Positions 40,655 to 54,638 of a DNA stretch of 64,000 nucleotides are shown in pieces. The stretch's first letter is position 1. Every line of letters begins with the position of its first letter. The DNA lies in NCBI GenBank assembly GCA_004764695.1, contig SMSO01000004.1:496001-560000 (forward strand), in the 5' to 3' direction. A program made the translations under genes and the position numbers. Origin of the DNA: Schizochytrium sp. TIO01. Taxonomy: Eukaryota; Protista; Bigyra: Labyrinthulomycetes. The notes below the pieces were generated by a model that had not been told where the DNA came from, did no database searches, and saw nothing but the letters and a program-made list of their open reading frames with translations.

Positions 40655-41487
40655 AGTGGCTTTGGGCTGTCTTAAACCCCGTCCAGCCAGAACTCTGATA
40701 CGATAATCTCTCTTCGAACCTCGCAAGCCTAAATTGAAATCCCAACTTGTTTGCTGATCCGATGACGATGATTATTAGTAGGTAATTAGAACTATCTACG
40801 ATGATGTCTCAAAAATCGATGTTGCTTCATCAAATTAAAGGCATTCCTTCACATTGTTACTACTATTACTGCATTGAAATAATAACTTGGGCGCCTGAAG
40901 AATCTATCTATAAAAGGACCACTCGGCAACATGATGGAGTTTTTGAAATTTTGAAATGAAAAAGATGACCTCAAGTTTATTGATTGATCATTTTGGTTAG
41001 CAATTTAAGGATTTATACGAGTTGACAATAACTGGTGAGAGCGATAGGACCCTTCAACTCAACAGAGACAGAAATTGAAAACCATGTAAGACCTGTTCTG
41101 CTTTTCACAGGTTCGAATTAACTATTTGGGTAACATCTGCATCCTGCTGAGCACAGTTGTTCGAAGTTGCTTTAGTTTTAGAAGTTCTGTGTTTCCCTCT
41201 TTTGATTTATTCTGCTGCCGTTTCTCTGTAGTAAGGTGTGTGCTGAGCCGGGTGTTCTATATTCTAGTAATAGTAGGGTAGATGTAGGTACCAAAACTAA
41301 AACATCAAAGCGTTCTCATCTCCGAGTCTATCTCCCAATGTCAAATTCGTGACCACTTATGATAGATGTAATATGCAGCGCAATCTAAGATACTAGTATC
41401 GATCCTTTTAGGGAATCAGGCTTAAACGAGCTACTTGACTCTCGTCTTTCAGAGAGTACAAGTATTAGTTCAATTGATTGAGAAAGT

Positions 41488-41965
41488 ATGAGTCTCTCTT
41501 CAACAAATGATTACAACAACGAGCTAGGCATTCCACAAGTTGATCGAAATGATCTTAGGAGTTGGTCACGTCGTGGTCTGAGATCTGTCAGCTCCTATGC
41601 GACTGCTGGTGATGTGTCGAACGCTCAATATGCAAGTGAAACTTGGGATCAGATAGAGGTTAATGCAGCTCGTGGTATGCGTCCTCTTTCAAAGCTTAGT
41701 TTGTACTCACCAGCACACCTAGAATACCCAGCGTCGATCTCCCTTACAGATTTTCCCTCCGCAATTGCGAATGCTCCTGCTCAGCCGCAGAGAGGTGTTG
41801 CATCAAGCTGTTTACTCTTTCACCTCGACAGAGAAGCTAAGTGAATTTTACAACAGAGTAAATTCGCAAGAAAACTTCAACATCATCCTCACACTGATGC
41901 AGTATGCCGGAGTTCGGACAACGCTGGATACTTTAGCTACAATACCAAGTCAACAAGCGATATGA
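41488..41965 (+). CDS. Small hypothetical protein (~106 aa); proposed exons 41488-41674 and 41832-41965
   Basis: Donor G|GTATGC and a polypyrimidine...gacag| acceptor join two short ORFs in phase: ...WDQIEVNAAR-EKLSEFYNRVNSQENFNIILTLMQYAG.... No family recognised. The model fits the local strand-alternation pattern. Confidence 0.35.
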
Positions 41966-42017
41966 AGAAAAGAAGAGAAACATCGCTGGTTACAGCACAA
42001 CTGTGTATTAATTTCAA

Positions 42018-43045
42018 TTAATAGGGTACAAGTTTCGACCTTTTGGCATGAGATGAAGGCATGTCATCATCGTTTGCAGACTCTTCAGAGTCGCTGCTTG
42101 GGTCATTTTGCCTTCGCTTCTTGGAGTTCTTCTCCTTTTTCTGTTCCTTCTTCTTTTTCTTTTTCTTGGATTTCTTTTTCTTTCCCTTGATTAAACCTGT
42201 CACTAAGGTAGTTGCGTATCCGCCCTCATCATCTTCAGAATCTCCACCACCGTATTTGGCGGTAGATACGTTGTTGTTGAGGTTGCTGGTGTCACTGATT
42301 TCTGCTTTGTGATTTTGATCTGCGGGCTCTGTATCATCACTTGTCTTTTCGATATTTAAAATTGAAGTCGATGAGGAGTGGATACGATTTTTTCGCGCCT
42401 CAGCTGTTAAATTTTGAAAACCATGCATAAAGAACCAGGCGAAGTTAGGAATCGGTAAATTTTAGACTCGCACAGGAATGGGAATAAAAATAAAATACAA
42501 GTAAAGAATAGTTCCCTCTTCGTGACTCAACGTACCAAATGCAGCAAGGTGGGATTCTTCTTCTCGCCTCCGTTCAATTTCCTTCAACCGTTCCTTTTCA
42601 ATATGCTCAAGGAGAAAGTGCTCATCTTCCTCGTCAAGTTCTTGTGGGCGATCTGTTGTCGTATGTATTTCATAGCTCGAACGTGAGTAAACATGTTTCT
42701 TCATTGATCAGGCATATTTTTTCTCCCTCGAGATCATAGAGAGATATAGGAACAACTCGAGGAGACTAGGCTACCAAGACAAATTCAAGACGTACCCTGA
42801 GCGGCTCGTTGACGTTCCCATTCTTCATTTTGTTCGTCACGCTTATTCTTAAGCTGGTCGTAAAGTGATCCGTGTTGCTCGCGTTTCGCCAAAATCTCAA
42901 GATCTCGCTCTAAAGCTGTCTGATTCTTGGTGGCCGGCTCGTGATCTGTGCGCTCAACCTCCTCCTCTGTCCCTGTGCCGTCTGCCCCACTTCGCAGCAC
43001 TGCGCTGCGCACAAAGCGCAAACCTGTACGATGTTCTTCGTCCAT
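42018..43045 (-). CDS. FAM192A: FAM192A/NIP30 (PSME3IP1/PIP30, Fyv6-like) nuclear protein; exons 43045-42796, 42652-42536, 42403-42018
   Basis: N-terminal RFV..., SLYDQLKNKRDEQNEEWE...ELDEEDEHFL...ERLKEIERRREE matches the NIP30/Fyv6 N-terminal domain. Lys-rich tail and LVPY end. Two phase-1 GTACGT...CAG introns checked. Confidence 0.85.
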
Positions 43046-45185
43046 CACAGCAGCTCTTTTTTGCCCAATGCAGTTTAATCTTTGACACTGATTGTCTGGT
43101 ATCTATTATCTAGACGTATTATATAGCATGTAGATACTAGTATTAGTCCCCTGTGTTATTGTCAATGTGTGCTTTTTTTCTCAATGCGAAACTTTTGCAT
43201 TGTGAGAATACAGTGTTATGGTGTAAGTAAGCAGAATGCGAACATGCAGCATGACAAAGTGCCAACGTATTGCCAACGTATGTACTGGATTTATCGTATT
43301 GACGACCGGTGAAATTGAAGGAACTACAACTTTTTCATCTTTACATAAGAACATGTGCATCGATTAATTTCTAACCAAATCACTTCCGGCTAAGTATTTC
43401 ATGAATTCGTACTTTCGATGGACTTATGAATAGTACAAGAGTAAAATTTAAGTATCAAAGTTATGCATGTGTTATTCTTCAACTGTGAAATTCGTTTCAG
43501 TGTATAAAGTTGGCATACTTAACACTTTGTTTTGCAACTTGTAGGTCCGCGTCATAAAACAAGTTTGGCAAACAATTAGAAAGGCTAAACTTGGTGCTAC
43601 CAAGCATCAAAATCAGAAATTTTAATTTTTTCTAAATAAAAATATTCAAGGGAATTCATCTTTACTGCCAGGTCTCGCAACATCATGAACCATATTTTTT
43701 TTTATGCATACTGCTAGCTCCAGAAGAACCAATCTCAACGCTGGTGTACAGGTTTTATGTTATCATTGCCGTGCTACTAGTGGGCATAATCCGATGGAAC
43801 ATCTTAATCATGTGTCTAGGCCATAATACTCTAAGAAAGGTTAGCAACAGTTGTTAAACCGAGTTGACAAAGGAAAATGGAGAACGGAAACTTATTCGGA
43901 GCTTATTGAGACCTTCAAACCCGCTCAAATCTGGTTCATGGAATGATCCTCTCTCTTTTAAATATACCTAGATGAGGCATGTTGTTTAACCTAAGACCTA
44001 TCAACTCCTCAGCTGAACAGAATAAACGGTAGCTTATCTTGTGGACCTTTCCTTGCGGGCCTTGTCCTGTATCTTTATGGGACATTTGGCCCAGATTACC
44101 AGTATATTATGTTATGATTAAGAAAACGAATGGTTTTTAATAGCAATGGATGATAGTACTTGTTATCCTAGTAACCCGCTTCATTTGATGCTTGGTGCAA
44201 TCTCATCGCGATCAGTATCAATCTTCTCACTTTACTAAAGCCACCCAAAGTTCAATGGCCCACATTTTCGTGCCTGGTACTATGAGTTTTCTATATGTTA
44301 TATATAGGGACAACCAGCATATATCCCCTTCGCCGAAGAAAGGAACATTGGTGGTAGCAAAAGCAAAACACAATGTGTTATGGCAGGAATGGTTTCCGAC
44401 TAGATTTTCCAAGTAGAAGGCGAGATCGGTACTAGGAATTAAAGAGCTAGAGGAGGAATGAGTCGGTAGATAGATGCCTGTGTAGTGTTGCAGGAATCTT
44501 CAAATAAAGACATTTTAATCCCATGATGTTATTTTTATTTTATTTTTTCAAAAAGAGAAAGAGAATTTTATGCGCTTGACAACGTTTGGTTTGGCTGGCA
44601 TGGCACAAGGTTTCTTTCAAGCTGTTCCTCCTCTCAAGTTTACATTTCGGAAAGACGAGACCGACCGAGGGCGAATTATCATATCCATTCAAATCTGTAT
44701 TCTCGACATTTCGTAGACCCCAGCTGCAGTTTATTTTACTCATGCTGAGGGCTCTCAACGAGTTTTAGTGGTACATGTAACCCTGAATTGTACACCTAAA
44801 TATGATCTCCTTCGCTGACGTTTCGTCAACTTGTTGACGTATGCATTGAATCTTCCTTGAAAACGCGAGCTATAGACCACGAGTTCTGTGGCTCGCTAGC
44901 TAGACATGAAAGCCGCCGCTGTGTCTGATTGATTCACGCAGTCAGACTTCAGATCCGTTGATCACGATTATTACGCAGCGCGAATGGTCAGCAATTCTCG
45001 GCAAGAAAACTTTATATCAATCTGTGATGAATAGAATCGACATTTGCACTGGCCATGCTCTCTGAAGCTAGCTGTCCAATTGCTTGGAGACCTGGAGTCT
45101 ATCTACTGAGCAGGCAAAAGCATGAGCGTGTCTTTTAATGTTCTTGGAACGAAGCCTTTCAACTCTACTTCCGCTTATTTTCTCG

Positions 45186-45233
45186 CCTACCTACCTACCT
45201 ACCTACCTACCTACCTACCTACCTACCTACCTA
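45186..45233. repeat. (CTAC)n microsatellite
   Basis: Directly visible. Confidence 0.9.
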
Positions 45234-47978
45234 GGTACTAGTGGTAGGAACGTACAGTTTTATTTTTATGTCCTCTCTCGGCCATCCTCGGCTATGCTTG
45301 TTCCTTTATGTCTGTTTTTCTACCAGGAGCGCCGAAGTAGAATCAGTGCCTATTACCTAGACACGTCCTACTTCACAACCTTGCGCGATCGTGATGAGTC
45401 AAAGAAATGTTTTGCTTGGCTGGAAGCTCATAAAAGACTTGAACTAGCCTCATTGACGCATCCTTTCACTTGGGTAAAATAGTTAGTTAGTGAATAATCA
45501 GCGTCATGGTGTACATGGTGAATTGCAGATCTATTTTAATATGCCTATATTTGATTGTCGATCGATACTTATCTTTTATTTAATTTATAAATCAGCAATC
45601 GTTTTTCTAATTAGAGCTTTCTTTTATTGAGATGAATAGCGCTACCCAACTATCGTGTTCAAGTTGTACTCAGCAGTAATCGAGTTCTCCTCTGGGAACC
45701 ATGTGACGTTACGTATGTCTTCTTTTACCTCTCGGAATAGTTGCTTTTTGCTCATCATGCCTGGTCTCACCGCCATCCACGATCTAGGCCTTGTTGGCTA
45801 TTTATGTCCTATTCTGTTGTCCAAACCCGCACTAAATTATATAGGCAGAGGTATGATAGATTCGCTATGTGCTCTGCCCCTCTCAATTCGCCTGTTCTTC
45901 TGTTCTTGAAAACGCAGTGCTGGGTCTGCACAGCGATGTCAGTTCAAGATAAGTGGCTCCAAACCAAGCGATTTATCTACTGCCACGTTGACGCTTTCCT
46001 GCCCTGCATATCTATCTATTATCTATCTATCTATAGCCGGCTCAGCTCTCCAATCCTCTTCAACTTGGCACCCTGTCGCTGTCTCATCGATTGCCAGACG
46101 ACCATCTCCATTCCCTGTAATAGGCACTTGCAGCTACTTCTACTACACAGTACATACTTGCCTCCTAATCTACTGCTTAGGTACTAGCTAGGCAAATGCC
46201 CTCATTCATTCATCACTCTCAGTAGTCAGGGTAAAGGTAGGTTAAAATCTTTTCACCCAATGGGCGCTGCGGAATAAATACCTACTACACCTTCCTTACC
46301 TTACCTGCTTGCTTGCTTGCTTGCTTGCTTGTGAGTGAATGAATGAGTGAATGAATGAATGAGTGAATGCGTGAGTGAATGCGTGAGTGCGAACGAGAAC
46401 ATATCCGAACGACGTCATGCTCTTCACTCCTCTGCCCAGAAACTTTATCCTTCGATGATTGACCTGCGCCGGTCATCCGATGTTAGTTTTCTGCCCGAGC
46501 AGCCAAGATGTCTTCAGCCAATTTTCTGCCTGCTTTCACCAATGCGCATTTCATTTCACACCCCGTTTGCAGAATGTCTCTCTCTGTTTCTCCCTTGTTT
46601 CCCATCTGAGCACTACTCTAGTCTCTAGACTGGGTACATACATAATCTTTTCTTTTCTTTTCCTCTTTTACTTTTATAATAAATAAATACATAAATAAAT
46701 AATAATCTGTATCATTGTTTTATATGTATATACATTTATTTTAAAACAACATTATGTATATATTTTGAATATATGGTTTCCTTCTTGCGTATGACAACAA
46801 GGTAGTAGTTAAGAGTCATTATGTAATTTCAATAAGAAACCTCTAGTAGTCAGCGTCAAAGCTGCTGTTAATAACACACTACATGCTGTTGTAATTGGTT
46901 GAACGAATAAATGAACGAATAAAAGAATGTGAATGGATGTAAATTTATTATGTGAAACATACATATATACATACATACATATCAATTTACAACAGATTCC
47001 GCATTCTAGGCTTTGGTGAATTCGTGTAACTGTAGGCCACTAGCTAATCAGCTATAGTATAACTAACTGGCTCAAACAACTACCAAGCCGACTGATGAGC
47101 GGCGGATCCGCGATTTTCTGGCTTCTGTGATCAGAACATTAGTCGAATTGAAGTGATACAGAGACACGGCAAGCAATATTCTATTTTCTTTATTTTCCAT
47201 TTAATTTTTTGTTTTGGTATTTTTATTTATTTTAAAAAGATAAAAAGAATAAAAAGTAGAGTCAGTTGAAAATTCTGGCAGAAGTAAAAACAACTCATCT
47301 TTCATTTTTCTTTTTCAAACATTCTCAGTTCATTTCCTTCCGTAGCGGTATATATCAATTCAAGAAACGCGCGCGTCTGCAGCGCAACGACAGCCTCTCC
47401 AATACACCCATTGCCTATGGCGGTGCAATTATCGAAACCCTTCCCCTTTTGAGCGCAGCTTCGTTTTATTCGCTTTTTTATTTTTTCAAATCAAATAAAA
47501 ACCCTTTTTATAAACTAAGAATAAGAACGATAAAAAGTGAGCAATGAAGATATTTTCATTCATTTCGTACACTGGTTCTCTTCGCACGGTGAGTAAACAC
47601 CGCGTTATTCTCTCGCCATATATAGTTTACAGACACCATAGATAAGTGTAATCCTTAACGAGGAGATAAGAAGAAGCCGCGGTTGCCCCTCCCATTCATT
47701 CGTTCCATTCACTCCATTCATTGCATTCATTGATCGCATCTGCCAAAGTCCCCCGATAACCCCTCGTTTCTTTCTGTGCCGTGACATCCCCCAATAAAGA
47801 AAGCAATTCCAGCTTCGCGGCTGCGTCTGAGGCGCCTGAGGTGGACACGTCCAGCTTCCTCGGCCAAACCAGCTCAGGCGCATGAGCGAATGAATGGGCG
47901 AACGAAACTCGAGTGGGTCGACGAAACTCGCAACAACAAAAGCTTGCGCCACAGACGTTGCAGCACACAACGAACCAG

Positions 47979-48038
47979 CGAACGAACGAACGAACGAACG
48001 AACGAACGAACGAACGAACGAACGAACGAACGAACGAA
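47979..48038. repeat. (AACG)n microsatellite
   Basis: Directly visible. Confidence 0.9.
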
Positions 48039-48671
48039 ATCCAATTCCAGCGAGCGGAATCCGAATGCGAGAAACCCGAATGAACGAGACACAGACGAGA
48101 GAGAAAGCGAAGAGGCGAAGAGGCGAAGAGGCGAAGAAGCACAAGCCGATAGGCCATCCCTCCGGGCAGCCAAAGCCACCTCCTCGATGGAGGAGAGACG
48201 CAGAGATGGCCGAGGGAGGACTTCAACGACGCGAGGAAGAACTAGCCGACTAACCAACCCGCTAACTTCTGAAGCAAAGAGAGGGCGAGTTCCATGAACG
48301 AAACCAAGAAGCCCTTCGAAAAAGAATGCTCTGAGAACGGAGGCAGAGAGATAGCGAAGCAAAGCAAAGCAAAGCAAAGTAGAGCAAAGCAAACTTGAGG
48401 CTCTCTGAAAAAGCAAAGCGCAGCAACTACAATCAACAACAACAACAACAGCAACAGCAACAACAACAGCTTGAGGAGCAGAAAGAAGCGTCTTGGCCAA
48501 CGATCCGGCGCTCACACAAATCAAATCAAAACCTGAACCCCCCGAGAGGCGCCACGACCAGAGTGATGCCACCAAGACGGCAGAGCTGAAGAAGAAGCCA
48601 GGCGTGGCCCTGCCTGAGAGCTCTTCCGCTGCGAGAAGGCAACCAAGTAGCCACGCAAAGCAGTCAGGCAG

Positions 48672-48966
48672 ACAAACAAACAACTAAACAACCAAACAAC
48701 TAAACAAACAAACAACTAAACAACTAAACAACTAAACAAACAAACAACTAAACAAACAAACAACTAAACAACTAAACAAACAAACAAACAAACAACTAAA
48801 CAACTAAACAAACAAACAAACAAACAAACAAACAAACAAACAAACAAACAAACAAACAAACAAACAAACAAACAAACAAACAAACAAACAAACAAACAAA
48901 CAAACAAACAAACAAACAAACAAACAAACAAACAAACAAACAAACAAACAAACAAACAAACAAACA
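48672..48966. repeat. Long (AAAC)n microsatellite with AACTAAAC variant units at the 5' end (~295 bp)
   Basis: Directly visible; the longest simple repeat in the window. Confidence 0.95.
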
Positions 48967-51900
48967 GGCATTCGAAGGCAATCCCGCGCAGGTGCTGGCC
49001 AGCCTAGGGGTTCTTTTTCAGGCTTTTATTTTCATTCATCCCATCATTATTTATTTTAATTAATTATTAATCAATTAATTAGTTTGCAAACTGGCGGAGA
49101 TAACTTAACCACTACTACTACGAGAGAGAGTACCACCGAACAAAGGTATTCTGTGGCCTCCCTTTTTACCTGTCTCTACCTAGAGACTAGAGCAATTGGT
49201 TTGTTTTGTTTCTATTTCTTCTTCTTTCGAGTTTCTTAATTATTATTATTGTTATTGTTATTGTTATTTTAATTAAATAAAATTCAATTGAACCAACCCA
49301 TCTCACTTGTTTCAACCTCTTTCTTCTTTATTCTGAGACTGAAAGAAGAGCTTGAAGAGACTGTGTCTATCAGGAAGTCTGCCTGCGGTGTGTATGTATG
49401 TTGATTCCAAATATCATCAAGGGATTCCAGGAGTGGCAGGAGTTCTGGCCCGCGATTCTTGCTCGCGCTGCACAACTCCAGCACACCTCCACGCCTGCAC
49501 CTGCACTGCGGCAGCTAACCTATTTATCTAAGTTTACTGCAACCAGTCTGTATTCGGCAGCAGGAGTTCTTGAGTCTGCCTTTCTGATGAAATAAGAACC
49601 TCTCGCTATCGAGGCCCTTTACCTTGTGAAAGGCAGGAGTCGAAGGAGATCGTTCCCATTTGAAGAAATCAGATTCATATTCTACGGGTTTGATCGCATT
49701 TTGCCCAATGTTCTTATAAAATATTCTTTTGGCATTTTAGCTCGCTCCCAGTGTTGAACATCGCGGGAAAAAGGCAAGTCAATATCTACAACATCGAGCA
49801 ATTTCTCAGCTTGCAATAGTAGTAGTGTTTATTGATGAGAGGGTTCGTAGTTGTTGTGAATCGCCACCATCATCGTCACCATCGACAATTATTGAGAATC
49901 AGAAACGAAGAACGAAGAACATCTCAGCGAAAGTTGCAATACTCGCAGATTGTTATAAATTCGAGTTCAGGCAGGTTGATTCAGGCACGGCTTCAGACAC
50001 AAGAAGGGGGTCAATAGATCACGACTTGGGAGGCTCAGCATTGCGTCAGCAGCTTGAGCAAAAAAGCCCATCCTGAATGAGTCTTTTGGTTTGTCTCTGT
50101 CCAGTGAAATAAAGGTTGATTACGTCAGATCAAGCTGGTTGGCTGCATGCAATCTTGCGACTCAGCTTTAAAATTTTTCGAAGCTTTGCGTTTCCCAAGC
50201 TTACAACGCTGCCACGTATGTCTTGACTTAGCATTCGCTCTGACTTTACGGTCAAAATTGAGTCATGCATCGAGAATCTCAATTCGTACATCTTCAAAGA
50301 CAATTGTTCATTTATAGAGAGACTATATAGCTTTTTAAGCCCAACGTATTTTCAAGAACTAGCTAGAAGTTGATTGTTTCAAATCATCAATTGTTACTGT
50401 CAGCCAACCGGTGCTGCTTTTGAAGCTTTCAAAAGACATGCCGAGTATTGGATCAAAATGACCATTTGGGTCTCTGCCCGTCTCTGGCGCCATCTAGCAA
50501 GCTTGCTGAATGGCGTTTTTTTACTGCTTCAAAAAACATACTTTTAAAACATCACAGGACACATTTCTTTCAATTTATAATCTTTTTATTAAAAGGAAAT
50601 TTGCTAAAGAGACTGACCTGTTCGTTCATGGTGTTGTCGAAACATCATCCTCCGAGTTTCCGGTGGGTTTATTCTTTGTTGCGTGAATGAGGTAATCATA
50701 AAATGAGAAGGGTGAATAAGGCGCCCGGGGCTTTGGCGCCTTCTATGGCATGACGCATACCAATGTACATGCGGACCTGATCAGAAATGATGACGCCATC
50801 GAAAAATGAAAATCTCTGTTTATTCATCTTTCTTTTTCTTCTCTTCTCTCTCTCCTTTCCTCTCCTTTTACCAACATTGTTTATACCTTCTAATGTATAA
50901 AAACATCCAAGTTTACTTCCTTTTTCTTCTCTTGCATCTTGTAGCTATTGACTATGAGTATGTCCTTTCTTCTACCTTTCCTTCTTTACCCCTTTAATGT
51001 TTTGCTTTCTACACCCTTCGGCATTTTGCATCTTTCGTCCCTCATGATGGCAGATAACTCAGGCTGACTATTGTCATATGAAAAAGGAATCTGCCGCATC
51101 GCAAGTGATTGGACGTAGCTGCGGCTACAAGCAGTAAATAGGTGTCATGTCGCTGGCTAGTCTGGCCTGTTCAGCTTGGAGGTTCAACTTTATATTTGTT
51201 TTAGAGTAACAGCAGATCAGAGGATTGATATCGTAACCCCAGGAGAATTAGAGAAGGAAAATTTGCGACTGCTTCTATTGGAGATTGGTGAGATAGCCTC
51301 ATTCTCAGCAAAGCTTTGAATTCTGAAAGTTCTGAAAATCTTACTATCGCAAACCCAAGTTTACTTTTTATCCTTTTGGCAGGTTTAAGCAGTGTGGAAT
51401 AGGAGATGGTATGGTCGAACTTCTTCGAGCTTACGATACCATTGTAAGATGTAAACGTGTTTGAACAAAAACAAACACAAAGATTATCCTTAACGACTTC
51501 TTTAAAAAGACAAACATTTTTTGAATCGCCAGCAACCTTTGTCGATTGACAGAAGAGTCAAATAGAGATCATCGGTCCTTAGCCCAGAGAAATAGGATTA
51601 TGAGAACTGCAAATGAGTAGAGAATCGAAGTGTTGCGGTTAATTCTAATTTCCAATCTTAGGATCTGCAAGGCTGAAATTCTCTAATCTTATGCGTTGAC
51701 CGTTTAGATTCTGCGGGTAACTAGCACCAGAATTCTTTTTGGCTAAAGTAGAATTTGGGGGGAAAGAAGAAGAGAAAATAATAATGTGGTGAAGAACGTG
51801 CCGCCTGCGAGACAGTTCTAGCTCACCATCGTAGTTCTTACTTTGTTACTTTCTACCGACGTATTGAGTCCGGAGGAACCATGAACACCATTTGAAAAAG

Positions 51901-54584
51901 TTACCTTTCTTTTTCCGAAGTCTGCTGTCCGCACTCCGTGTCGCTTTGCCTTTGGGTCTTTAGAACACAGGAGGTCATGATGATTGATTGAGCTGCAAGC
52001 AAACCAACCAATTTATCTACACGGATTTAGCAAAATGTGGTATTGAAACCGATGATGTGGGTTTTTACAGGTTGGCCCTCAGTCTGATTAATTGATTGAT
52101 TGACTTGCTTTCTTGGCTTGGCTTGGCTTCCTTTGCTATCGCTTCACACATATAGCAAACATTTGATGGAAGAGGGGGGGGTATTGTGCAACGTTTTCCC
52201 CCTTGATGTTTCAGGTTCTCTGCCTTTCATGACTTCCAGTTTGTTTTCCCCTCATCCAAATCGTCCACCCTCACCCTCCTTTTCATTGGGTTTGTTTATT
52301 TGTTTTTAATTTCATGAAATGAAAGCAATTGTTTAAAACTTTTAAAATAAAGTTTAAATGCCTGCTCTCATCATGAGTTGTTTATATATATACTTTTAGA
52401 ACATTTCAATCAAATAAGTTTTTGTTAATTATTATATAATATAATATTCTCTTGCTATCTGAATATTTTTATGTACCTAGCCTAACTCAAGCATCCACTC
52501 CTTCATTCGCTCATCGTTCGCATGTTTCCTTCGCCGTGGCTCTCCGCAGTGTCGGCACCAGCATTTCCTCTCGGCGGTGGCCTATCAATAACTGGCTACC
52601 TCCCTGCAGAACCTCTGCGCCTGCCCATTCGGTCGTTTCCTTGGTAGCTAAAGCACAGTGCATGCTCTTCATTCTCTAGAGTAGTTTTTAGTGGAATCAA
52701 CGCAACAAGAGAACGATATGAACGAGAAGAACAACTCACAATTTGATGACTTCGCAGCCTCGCTTTCTTGAGCTCCTGGCCTCGTTTCAAGATGGCTGCG
52801 GTGTTGATCTATATTAACATCGCTCGCTAATTGATTACGATCAGAGATACCTGGCTTCAGACCGCGTATGTGAGCCCGGACATCTGTCAGCTTGATCCGT
52901 TCGTTCAAGTCACATGTCTCTCTGATGCTGGTTGGACCCTCAATGTGAATTGATTTGGGTTGGAGCTACAACTACTACTATTACTATAAACATTAGTACC
53001 TCTATGAGAGCACTGGGCCTAGCTATTTCTCTCAGTGAGTGTTACCTATGAGCTGTATAGTCTGCAATAGTCTTTAGTAGGAGTATGCAGTCTAACTATT
53101 GAGCCCTTAGGACTTCTATGTAGATTTACTCCTGGCTATCCATCTCCATAGGCACTAGTAGGCACTACTAGTACTAGCACTGCTTTCATATTTTTTCTTA
53201 TTCTTGTTCATGGCTCTGGAGAGCGGCCAGAGACACCTAGCCTGCATCGCAAGATATCACCAGCACAAGGCAGCTAGCATTGCATTGATGTTGATGTTTG
53301 TTAGCAATACTTGCCCTCCACCTTCGTTCATGGCATACCTATCTTGTGACCGTCTGTCTACCTCTTTGTCTATTTAAGTTGTTTGTGTAGTTCATTCTGC
53401 GAATTGTTTTCTAGCTTCAATTACTTACGTCGAAAGGTAGCTAGGGCCAGATACATCTACGTAGTAGGTAGGCGTTAATAAGAGGGATCATCTACTAAAA
53501 TATAAAGAACAGAACAGAACTACCAATGCCTTCTATGCGGACCTAGGCACCTACTACAAACGGAAGATGTTTGGCTAGGAGTTGTTCTACATATTCGGTG
53601 CATAGTAGTAGTGGCCTGGTAGTGAAATGCATACGCATAGCATATAGATGGGTATCTGCAATAAGGCGCCTCTAGCATAAGCATTGCGGGATAAAAATTG
53701 AATCATATCGTAGAGAGGACAGAGATTTCAAAGAAAGGACAAGAACAGAGGGAAAGTGAAGCGTGGAAGGAAGGAAGGAAGCCAGGAAGGAAGGAAGGAA
53801 GCCAGGAAGGAGGAAGAAGGGGCACCTAAGTTTTCAACTTTGAAAAGGAGGGAAAGGAAAGAAGGAGGGCAGGAAGGAAGGAACAGTTGAACAGACAAAC
53901 AGACCAGACGGATAGAGGCAGAGAGAGACTCAAACAGAACGAGCACGAAGAAGAAAGCAAGAGAAAGAAGCTCTTCTTCGACCCATCAGCGGAAAAAGAA
54001 GAAAAGCGACGAGCAGAAGACTGCTTTGGTGCGAGGGAACCCATTCCTCGCTTTGCCTAATGAAGAAGCGATGCACAAGCAACTGAAAACTTCAAAGCAC
54101 GAGAGGAGGGAGAATGGGGTGTAGACGGGAACTAGAAGAAGAGAGGGAAGTGCCTCTGCGCCACGATCGCGCAATGTTTTTTTTTCATCAACTTTTTTTA
54201 AAATTTAAATCATATTTTCTACTAATTATCTTTTAATTAAAGCTTTAAAGATTATAGATATAGATATATATACTTTACTATATATATGTGCATAGTTCGC
54301 TCACTCACTGATCAAAAGCAGGACTTCCTTAGGTTTGTCGGATGTCACGGCAGTCAATAAGGTTTTGAGAAACATCTCATCGCTCGCCTTTGGTGCCTAG
54401 CCATATTAAATGTTCTATTCGATCAACCAATCACCAAGCTAAGCATGTAGTGCCAAGCGTCAGTCTGTCATTTGGCAAAGATACGGCTACAGCCTACAGT
54501 GGGAGGAATCCTTGAGAAAGCATGTATGACATCGTTGCTTTCGTCGCCTCCGTCATGCTTTTAGTTTTCCTGGATCGTGGAATG

Positions 54585-54638
54585 AACAAACAAACAAACA
54601 AACAAACAAACAAACAAACAAACAAACAAACAAACAAA
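54585..54638. repeat. (AAAC)n microsatellite
   Basis: Directly visible. Confidence 0.9.

Noticed and set aside
47605-48981. Many 60-270 aa ORFs across the repeat block
   Set aside because: Translations of stop-free microsatellites (FVRS, LFVC, ERTN).
50705-50800. TPP-riboswitch-like words (GGGTG, GGCGCC hairpin, ATACC, ACCTGATCAG)
   Set aside because: Lacks the conserved UGAGA and the P5 UAAU loop, and is not in an evident transcript. An Rfam TPP cmsearch would settle it.
51200-51465. LRR-like fragment FKQCGIGDGMVELL
   Set aside because: A single short match with no repeats and flanking stops.
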